DNA from: Candidatus Binatia bacterium | GTDB taxonomy: Bacteria > Desulfobacterota > Binatia > Bin18 | Assembly: GCA_022824615.1 (NCBI GenBank) | Contig: JAJDZM010000093.1 | Span: 654-64,653, forward strand | Length of the DNA stretch: 64,000 nt | Direction of reading: 5' to 3' | In this document: positions 57,301 through 64,000 of the stretch, one piece after another | How the letters are laid out: every line of letters starts with the position of its first letter | Position numbering within the stretch: the stretch's first letter is position 1 | The notes under the pieces: generated by a model | What the model was told of the DNA's origin: nothing | The model's database searches: none | The model's input: only the letters and a program-made list of their open reading frames with translations | Program-made: the position numbers and the translations under genes

Positions 57301-58029
57301 ATGAAGATTTTCTCTTCTCTTCTCTTCTCTTCTCTTCTCTTCTCTTCTCTTCTCTTCTCTTCTCTGAGCGCGTGTAGCAGCGCCACAGTCGGAAGAGAAG
57401 CGTTGAACCCGGCCCAACAGCAGATGTTGGACCGTGGTCTGGAAGTGTCGTCCGTCGCCGTCAAAACCGGCCAGCCCATTGCTGCGGGACGGATGTATGA
57501 ACGCCTGTCCACCTCCTTCCCGAGCGCCCCGGAACCGAAACTCGGGCTCGCCTATATGGCCCTGCACGCGGGCGACTTTGCGACCGCCGATGCCCTGTTC
57601 ACCGAAGCCAGTACACTGGCGACGCGACCGGCCCTCAAGGCCGAGGCCCTGCTCGGTGCCGGGCGGGCGAGTCTGGGGCGAGAAGACTTCGCCGCGGCCA
57701 AGACCCACTTCCTCGCCGCGGCCGAACCAGCCCAAGGCTCGCCTGTCGAGTCCTGGGTCATGAACGGTCTGGCGGTCGTGGCCGCGCTCGAAGGCGATTA
57801 CCCCCTGGCCGAGCAACACTACAGAGCAGCGCTGACAGTGGCGTCGCATCCGCTCATCACGGCCAACCTGATGCGGACACTCGTCGAGGCGGGCCGCATA
57901 GACGAAGCCCGCCAACTCCATGCCAGCCACAGCGCCACCTACTGGGCGGAAGGCGACAGGGCCGAGTTGTCACAACTGCTCAAAAACAGCACCACACGCG
58001 GGACGGAGCAAACGCCGGTCACTGAGTGA
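57301..58029 (+). CDS. TPR-like (Ala-rich helical repeat) lipoprotein whose signal peptide is encoded by a pentanucleotide repeat
   Basis: MKIFSSLLFSSLLFSSLLFSSLSAC with lipobox LSAC. Downstream TPR-like helices (GLAYMALHAGDFATADALF...). Confidence 0.6.
   Translation: MKIFSSLLFSSLLFSSLLFSSLSACSSATVGREALNPAQQQMLDRGLEVSSVAVKTGQPIAAGRMYERLSTSFPSAPEPKLGLAYMALHAGDFATADALFTEASTLATRPALKAEALLGAGRASLGREDFAAAKTHFLAAAEPAQGSPVESWVMNGLAVVAALEGDYPLAEQHYRAALTVASHPLITANLMRTLVEAGRIDEARQLHASHSATYWAEGDRAELSQLLKNSTTRGTEQTPVTE
57310..57364 (+). repeat. (TTCTC)11 perfect pentanucleotide microsatellite inside the 5' coding region
   Basis: 55 bp perfect repeat starting 9 nt after the ATG. It encodes (SSLLF)n in frame. 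Confidence 0.95.
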
Positions 58030-58037
58030 GGAAAGGT

Positions 58038-59297
58038 ATGATGCATACAAGGCAAACGACCCCCAAGCCGTCTCACCGCCTACTGCGGGCGTTCGGCCTC
58101 AGTCTGGCACTCAGCCTCGGGTCCGCCGAATATGGAGCAGCGGCAGAGCCGATCAAGCCGCTCCCGGTCATGATTGAGGTGAACGAAGCCAAAGCCGAAC
58201 TCGGCAGGCTGCTGTTCCACGAACCGAGATTGTCCAAGAACGACACCATCTCCTGCGCCACCTGCCACGACCTGAGCGCCGGTGGGGATGACGGACAGGT
58301 CGTGTCCACCGGCATTGAGGGCCGGACCGGGCTCGTGAACGCGCCCACCGTGTTCAACTCCGCCTACAATTTCAAGCAGTTCTGGGACGGCCGGGCACAT
58401 ACCCTCAAAGAGCAGGTTGACGGCCCGCTCCAGAGCCGCATCGAGATGGAAAGCATCTGGCCCGATGTCGTGACCAAACTCTTTCAGGATAAAGACTATC
58501 CCCGCATGTTTCAGCAGGCCTATCCCAATGATTCTCAGATTATTTCTCGCGAGAACATCAAAGATGCCATTGCCGAGTTCCAGCGTTCCCTGATCACGCC
58601 CAACAGTCGTTTCGACCAATGGCTCAGAGGCAACGTTGGAGCCATCAACGAACAGGAGAAAGAGGGCTACGCCTTGTTCAAGCGCTACGGCTGTGTGTCC
58701 TGCCATCAAGGGGCCAATGTCGGCGGCAATATGTTCCAGGTCTTTGGGGTCATTAACGACTATTTCAGAAAGCGGGGCAATATCACCGACGCCGACCTGG
58801 GACGCTTCAACGTGACCGGAAACGAGGTCGACAAACACGCCTTCAAGGTCCCCAGCCTGCGCATGGCCGCTCATACCGCCCCCTATCTGCACGACGGCAG
58901 CGCCGGGACCCTGCGCGACGCGGTCGATGCCATGTTCGAGTTCCAGCTCGGACGAGAAGCCCCGGACGAAGACAAAGAGGCTATCGTGGCCTTCATCAAG
59001 ACGCTGGCAGGAGAGTATCGAGAAAGCAATTACCGCTTTGACCTTGGAGAGAGCCCGCTGTCTGCCGAGTTCCAGGAAGACAGTCGCAACGGACACCTCG
59101 GGCAGAGTCCCGCGCCGAACGGCCTCCAAGAAATCTCTGTGGTAGAGACCGTTGAGGGGAGTCCTCCCGCGGACATCGCCGAAACCATTTCCCAAAACGG
59201 CAAGGCCCCCCCGCTCCGTACGGGTCGAGCCGCCAAACCCGCCGCCGAAAGCGAAGCAGCCGGACGTTCGGGGCGTTCGGGGCGTTCGGGACGATAA
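58038..59297 (+). CDS. di-haem cytochrome c peroxidase (CCP/MauG family), paralogue of 36402-37378
   Basis: CATCHDLS and CVSCHQG haem sites, FKVPSLRM, PYLHDGSAGTLRDAVD, DKEAIVAFIKTL (identical block in the paralogue). C-terminal tail ends in GRSGRSGRSGR (9-bp x3 repeat). Confidence 0.85.
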   Translation: MMHTRQTTPKPSHRLLRAFGLSLALSLGSAEYGAAAEPIKPLPVMIEVNEAKAELGRLLFHEPRLSKNDTISCATCHDLSAGGDDGQVVSTGIEGRTGLVNAPTVFNSAYNFKQFWDGRAHTLKEQVDGPLQSRIEMESIWPDVVTKLFQDKDYPRMFQQAYPNDSQIISRENIKDAIAEFQRSLITPNSRFDQWLRGNVGAINEQEKEGYALFKRYGCVSCHQGANVGGNMFQVFGVINDYFRKRGNITDADLGRFNVTGNEVDKHAFKVPSLRMAAHTAPYLHDGSAGTLRDAVDAMFEFQLGREAPDEDKEAIVAFIKTLAGEYRESNYRFDLGESPLSAEFQEDSRNGHLGQSPAPNGLQEISVVETVEGSPPADIAETISQNGKAPPLRTGRAAKPAAESEAAGRSGRSGRSGR

Positions 59298-59328
59298 CCC
59301 ACACCGCAATGACTGAGGAGTCATCACC

Positions 59329-61140
59329 ATGAGATCCAAATCCATGACCATCGGCATCTTCCTGTCCGTCGCTCTGATCGGAACCGCCGCCGGATTTTAC
59401 TGGATGGCCGCGCAGGCCAAAGCCGGCGAGCATCACCTGGCCATTTCCACCGTGCGGCAGCTTCAGCACCTCGAATCCCAGTGGAGTGTCGAAGTGGCCC
59501 GCGTCCGCTCCGACCCCTTTGCCGACTTCGACTCCCTGACCCAATTCATTCCCCGGATGGAACGCCTCAAAGAGACCCTGACCGATACCATCCAGGGCAT
59601 CCCCAGCCTGCCGAACCGGCTGGCCAACACCACGGGTGCCTACCTGAGCGCCCTGACCGCCAAGGAAGAGCGCATTGAGCGCTTCAAAACCGGCTATGCG
59701 GTGCTGCGCAATTCTGTGCGTTACCTGCCGTTGGCTGCCACCAATGTCATGCAACAAATGCAGACCCGTGGGGCCAACTCGGCTTTTATCAAGAACGTGG
59801 CGACCGTCACCGACGAGATCAACACCTATCTGGCGAGCCCGGCTCCCCCGGAAAAAGAGCGGCTGACACGGGTGCTGGCCGAACTGGGCGACAGTATTGC
59901 GACCCAGCACCCCGCCTTGGTCAACTCCGCCATGAATTTTGTCGCGCACGGCCAGGTCCTGCTCGAAAAACAAGCCCCGACCGAGGAGATATTCCAGGAG
60001 GCGACCTCCGATCAGGTCGGTGACCTGGGCGAAACCATCATCAAGGGCTTGGAGTCTGAGATCGACCGAACCGAGGCCTTGGCCGCCTGGTACGAGCGCG
60101 GCATCGTCGGCACCGGTGTGGTGCTCTGGGTGATGTGGCTGACCATCGCGGTCAGAATGCCGTCCAGGGGCAAAGGCCAGCCGCGCAAAGACAGTCTGGC
60201 GTCCAGCATGGCGTCCCGGCAGCAACCAAACCCGCTGCTGCTGAGAGAACAGGCCACACCCGGACCGGACGAAGGGCTCGAACGCCTGACCGTCGACCTC
60301 ATGAAAGCCGGGCAGTTCGACGCGGAAGAGCGAGACCCGACCGCAACCGCAGCGTTTACCGCCTATCAGGTCGGAGTGGACATCGCCGCCGAGCGGCTGG
60401 TGGCCCTGGCCGAGCGCATCAACAGCAGCACCGAGATGCTCACCGACCTGCCGGACCAGCCGGCGGACAATGGCGCGGAGGCTGCCGACCCCGAGATGCT
60501 CGCCGACGACCTGCCGGACCAGCCGGCGGACAATGGGGCAGAATTTGCCGACGGGGCAGAGTTTGCCGACACCTCGGACGGAGACCGGGACGCCGTCGCC
60601 GCGGTCGTCGCCAGCATCCACACCCAGACCAACGATATCGTGGCCTTGGCCAAGCGCCTGCCCGCCTTGGCACCCAAACGCGACGAGGGCTACGCCCAAA
60701 TCGACCTCAACGATTACCTCGACGAAATCGCCGACACCATCCAGGCCAAAGGCCGGTCGTTAGTCGTCAAGGAGTTGAATCCGCTGCCGAGCCTGCCGGT
60801 CTCAGAATCCGATGTGACCCTGATGCTGACCAACATTCTGGACAATGCCGCCTTGGCGATTCAGGAGCGCGGCCAGAAGAAAGGCATTATTCGGGTGGAG
60901 ACCAAACAGGAGAACGACAACGTCACGGTGACCGTCTCCGATAACGGCATCGGTATTCGACCCGAACGCCGCAAGAAAGTCTTTCAGCCGTTCTACACCA
61001 CCCGCGAGGGGGCTTTGGGCATGGGGCTGACGATCGCCAAAAATCTGGTAGAGAAATATGGGGGCAGTATCGCGATGAACTCCATGCACCACCGCGGCAC
61101 GGTCGTTCGGGTCACCCTGCCCATCCGCACGTATGCGTAA
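59329..61140 (+). CDS. sensor histidine kinase, atypical (periplasmic helical sensor domain, acidic repeat-containing linker, HATPase_c)
   Basis: C-terminal HATPase_c (NILDNAALAI...VSDNGIGIRPERRKKVFQPFYTT...GMGLTIAKNLVEKYGGSI). Signal/TM at N-terminus and a second TM around residue 265. No canonical H-box seen; a possible His is at SIHTQTNDIVALAKRL. Confidence 0.7.
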   Translation: MRSKSMTIGIFLSVALIGTAAGFYWMAAQAKAGEHHLAISTVRQLQHLESQWSVEVARVRSDPFADFDSLTQFIPRMERLKETLTDTIQGIPSLPNRLANTTGAYLSALTAKEERIERFKTGYAVLRNSVRYLPLAATNVMQQMQTRGANSAFIKNVATVTDEINTYLASPAPPEKERLTRVLAELGDSIATQHPALVNSAMNFVAHGQVLLEKQAPTEEIFQEATSDQVGDLGETIIKGLESEIDRTEALAAWYERGIVGTGVVLWVMWLTIAVRMPSRGKGQPRKDSLASSMASRQQPNPLLLREQATPGPDEGLERLTVDLMKAGQFDAEERDPTATAAFTAYQVGVDIAAERLVALAERINSSTEMLTDLPDQPADNGAEAADPEMLADDLPDQPADNGAEFADGAEFADTSDGDRDAVAAVVASIHTQTNDIVALAKRLPALAPKRDEGYAQIDLNDYLDEIADTIQAKGRSLVVKELNPLPSLPVSESDVTLMLTNILDNAALAIQERGQKKGIIRVETKQENDNVTVTVSDNGIGIRPERRKKVFQPFYTTREGALGMGLTIAKNLVEKYGGSIAMNSMHHRGTVVRVTLPIRTYA

Positions 61141-61167
61141 CAGGGAGCCGTACAGGAGGGATCACGT

Positions 61168-61782
61168 ATGCCTCATATCGGTCGTGTTTCAGTTCTGCCT
61201 CGTCTCTTTCTCAGGAATCGCCGCTCGCCAACGCCCGCTGCATCACCCCCCACCCATCTCACTTGGTTCCTCACCTGCCGCCGCGGCACCGTTGCCCTGG
61301 AGAGCGCCATTGCCGTCATCCCCCTCATCATTTGTCTGGTCGGGGTGTTCGAGATCGTCCAGTCTGTTTTTGTCCGCGACCTGACCCAGCGCGCCGCCTA
61401 CCGGGTCGCCTATGCCAATGCGCTGCGCGCCGGCGCGGCCGCCGACATACCGGAACTGCGGACACAATTACGGGAATGGGTCCAGGCCGAAGTCGGTGAT
61501 CTGCCCAGTTTCGAGTTGGCCGGTCAAGGCGTGTGCCGTAAGACTCCGGATCAGGATGACCCCCCGGTAGACTTTTGCCTGGATGTTAAGGTCTACAACA
61601 GCCCGACCGACATGCTGAACGGCACGCCGTCGCAGGGCGGCAACGCCGGGCTCGGCGGTAATGCCTGCGACATGGTGGTCGTCAAAGTGGTGGCGCAGCG
61701 TCTCTTCGGCACTCCTGACGTGGATGCCTTGACCGTAGCAGTTCGGCGCAACGAACCAAGTGATGTGTCATGCCCAACATGA
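61168..61782 (+). CDS. TadE-like (Flp-pilus assembly) protein
   Basis: TadE/TadG N-terminal motif RRGTVALESAIAVIPLIICLVGVFEI. Confidence 0.55.
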   Translation: MPHIGRVSVLPRLFLRNRRSPTPAASPPTHLTWFLTCRRGTVALESAIAVIPLIICLVGVFEIVQSVFVRDLTQRAAYRVAYANALRAGAAADIPELRTQLREWVQAEVGDLPSFELAGQGVCRKTPDQDDPPVDFCLDVKVYNSPTDMLNGTPSQGGNAGLGGNACDMVVVKVVAQRLFGTPDVDALTVAVRRNEPSDVSCPT

Positions 61783-62345
61783 ATGATGGAGCGGGTGTCA
61801 TGAAGAACTGGCTGGACTTCATACGAAATGAGCGCGGCGCTGCCGCCCTGGAAAGCGCGCTCGGGGCCGTCGCCCTCATCACTGTCTCGGTCCTGGCCTT
61901 CGAGCTGTACGTGCGGGCCACCGCGCCGCCGGTCGGGCTGAACACCGCAGTCACCGTCGCCGAGTATGTGAGCCTGGAAGCCCAGCCGGCCGCCACCCAG
62001 ATTGAGGCGCTGGCCAAATTCCTGCACAGGGAATTTTTCCCCCAAGCCGCCACGGTGTTCGTGGTCACCGCCGTCGAGGGTCAAACCGCCCCACAGAAGC
62101 CCACCATGCTGTGGAACAAAGTGATTGCCGTCGGTCCGAACGCCGCGGCTGACACCGGCCTGGCCTCATGCAGCCAAGTTGCCGGAGAGAACAACACGGC
62201 AACGCCTCCCGAGGCTCTGAAGCTGGAGGACGACGAGATTGTTATCGTGGCTGAGGTCTGCGTCAAACAAGCGGACGAAGTGGCGCGCTACCACCATATC
62301 CTGCCCACCCGCTCCGATATTGCGCCAGTTCTCCAGCAGTCTTAG
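61770..62345 (+). CDS. TadE-like protein (second copy)
   Basis: ERGAAALESALGAVALITVSVLAFELY TadE-type N-terminus. 13-nt overlap with the previous gene. Confidence 0.55.
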   Translation: MPNMNDGAGVMKNWLDFIRNERGAAALESALGAVALITVSVLAFELYVRATAPPVGLNTAVTVAEYVSLEAQPAATQIEALAKFLHREFFPQAATVFVVTAVEGQTAPQKPTMLWNKVIAVGPNAAADTGLASCSQVAGENNTATPPEALKLEDDEIVIVAEVCVKQADEVARYHHILPTRSDIAPVLQQS

Positions 62346-62356
62346 GGATTCCATCA

Positions 62357-64000
62357 TGACACAGTACAACAGGACAGAAAGCGCAACGTTCCAACCCAGC
62401 CGCCCGGTCGTCAAACCCACCCCGCCGCTGACGCTGCAATACGCATCACACGTCCAAGGAGGGGATGGGAACAGCTCCCCTCTTGGGAGGGGTGGCCGAA
62501 GGCCGGGGTGGGTACTCCCCCGCTTCCTCCGCGACCGGCGGGCGGCCGGCACGGCCCTGACCGCGGCCCTGTTCACCCTCATGAGCCTGGCCGGCATCGC
62601 CTTTGCCAGCGACCATGTCTGGCTGGTCTATCAGCGCGACCTGCTCAAAGTCGCCTCCGATGCGGCCAGCGTCGCCGTCACCAAAGCCATGAAAACGCTT
62701 GACCCCGGCCTGAAAAAGGACGCGGTCACGGCGGCGCTGCTGCCCACTGCCAAGCGCTATATCCTGGCCAATATCCCGGAAGGCTCCCGCGAGCAGGTAG
62801 AAGACACCTTGGAGATCACGCTTGAACCCAACAGCGCGTACGGCACGGTATACCTCACTGCGACGGCCGAACTCGGCGGCGCGATCTTCGGCACGTGGCT
62901 GTGGGACGCGGTGGCCAGCGAGACCCAGGTGAAGAGCGGGACCGAGCAGGTGGCCAGCGGCGGTGGCCTCATTGAGTTGGCGCTGGCTCTCGATATCACC
63001 GGCTCAATGCGGACGACGATCGTATCCTCAGAGGGAGGTGTCGAGAAGCGTATCAAGCGTATCAAGGTCGTCAAAGATGTCGCCAAAGAGATGGTCAATA
63101 TGCTGGCCGCTGGCAGTGACACCCTTGCGGTCGGCATCGTGCCCTGGCACTACCGGGTCAAGTTCGACCAGGCCACCCGAACGCGCTGGACAGACAAGGG
63201 ATATGCCCAGTATCCGCTCCAGCAGCATTACCCCAACCCCGACAATGAAAACAGATCGAGCGAATCCTACACCCTGCCGACCACTTGGCCAGAACCCTGG
63301 AAGGGCTGTGTGGACCAGCGTGCAACCTCCGGCCAGAACCCGCCCGGCCTGACCGCCGTGCTACCCACGGTCACGCCGTTCAATATGGGGTTTTACTCGC
63401 CCACACCCCAGAACGAGTACCAGAACAATAGGCGGGATAGCAGCATCGCTTTCTCGTGCTACTCGAATCAGGACTTTTGTTATGACCCTGACAGAGAACA
63501 CTATAACCATCCGAACAGCAAAGGCGAGAGGCCGTGGCGGTGGTCGCCGCAGGATAACTGCCACCGCGACAATGAAATCCTGCCGCTGACAACCGATATC
63601 GATACCGTCAAGAGCCACCTTGCCGCCTTGGACGCGGACGGGGGCTCGACCTATTCGACGCTCGGCCTGACGTGGGGCCACCGACTGCTGGCCCCGACCT
63701 GGCGCACCGTCTGGAGCGACGACTCCGAACATCCCATAGACCTGAGCCAGCACGAGCACGCGATGAAAGCGCTGCTGCTGCTGACCGATGGGAGAGATAA
63801 CTTCTACGAGGAGAGCACGGCGAATAGTCATTTCCGGACCGCCTGCACCGCCGCCAAGAAGGATGGCATCGCGGTGTTTATTGTTGCGATCCTGAGCGCA
63901 GCGGAAGCTCACTTTGGGTCCATTAGGAGTCGCATTGAGAACTGTGCGGGCCGTCGTGAATACGACCCGGGACAGTATGCCTTTATCTCCGAAGAGGCTA
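62357..64000 (+). CDS. TadG-like pilus-associated protein with von Willebrand factor A domain, 3' end beyond the window (absent from the supplied ORF track)
   Basis: Frame 2 is open for 548 codons from ATG 62357 to the window end (translated by hand). TM/TadE-like N-terminus (TALTAALFTLMSLAGIAFA). VWA MIDAS LALDITGSM, LLLLTDGRDN, AVFIVAI. The three minus-strand track ORFs across this span are antisense shadows. Confidence 0.65.

Noticed and set aside
57096-57930. Minus-strand ORFs containing (EKRRE)n
   Set aside because: They are reverse-strand translations of the (TTCTC)11 microsatellite and overlap the plus-strand lipoprotein gene.
1-64000. tRNA, rRNA, tmRNA, RNase P, SRP, 6S RNA genes
   Set aside because: Scanned intergenic regions for T-loop GTTCRANYC motifs and the conserved cores of these RNAs and found no convincing match.
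1-64000. Prophage / integrative element
   Set aside because: No integrase, transposase, recombinase, terminase or capsid-like genes, and no flanking direct repeats next to a tRNA. The bacterial retropepsin-like protease is not by itself evidence of a retroelement.

Overview
This is a high-GC (about 60%), gene-dense, probably Gram-negative bacterial chromosomal segment. I found no rRNA, tRNA, CRISPR, integrase or transposase. Genes run, in order: a PIN/VapC fragment, a family III CoA-transferase and an XPB/Rad25-like SF2 helicase; two APH-family kinases flanking a large secreted M4 (thermolysin-like) metalloprotease and a separate copy of its propeptide; a DUF4301 protein, a GT4 glycosyltransferase and rfbBAC; uppP; an ECF sigma/anti-sigma pair; a GldA/GldF/GldG-like ABC export system plus DUF4340; two tandem glycine-zipper lipoproteins; ileS; an orphan ExbB/ExbD pair next to a retropepsin-like protease and DUF29; a periplasmic redox cluster (two cytochrome c peroxidase paralogs, a DUF3365 heme protein, a BisC/TorA-like molybdoenzyme); a co-directional ExbB-ExbD-(membrane-anchored VWA)-TPR operon; a PadR regulator; housekeeping genes (enoyl-CoA hydratase, pilT, ispD, anmK, an isocitrate/isopropylmalate dehydrogenase family gene, rpoD); a TetR regulator divergent from a TPR lipoprotein; an atypical sensor kinase; and a Tad-like locus (two TadE-like genes and a VWA-containing TadG-like gene that runs off the window end and is missing from the ORF track). 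The most unusual signals are non-coding. They are a roughly 52-nt hairpin repeat family in three copies. There are two arrays built from a 9-bp GRGTCYNTK unit, one a large palindrome filling a promoter region. A (TTCTC)11 pentanucleotide repeat sits inside the signal-peptide codons of a lipoprotein and is a phase-variation candidate. Tandem promoter-like 30-bp modules lie in the TetR/lipoprotein divergent region. Two copies of a REP-like hairpin are present. A G-run/C-run palindrome fills one intergenic gap. Many track ORFs are antisense shadows of real genes.
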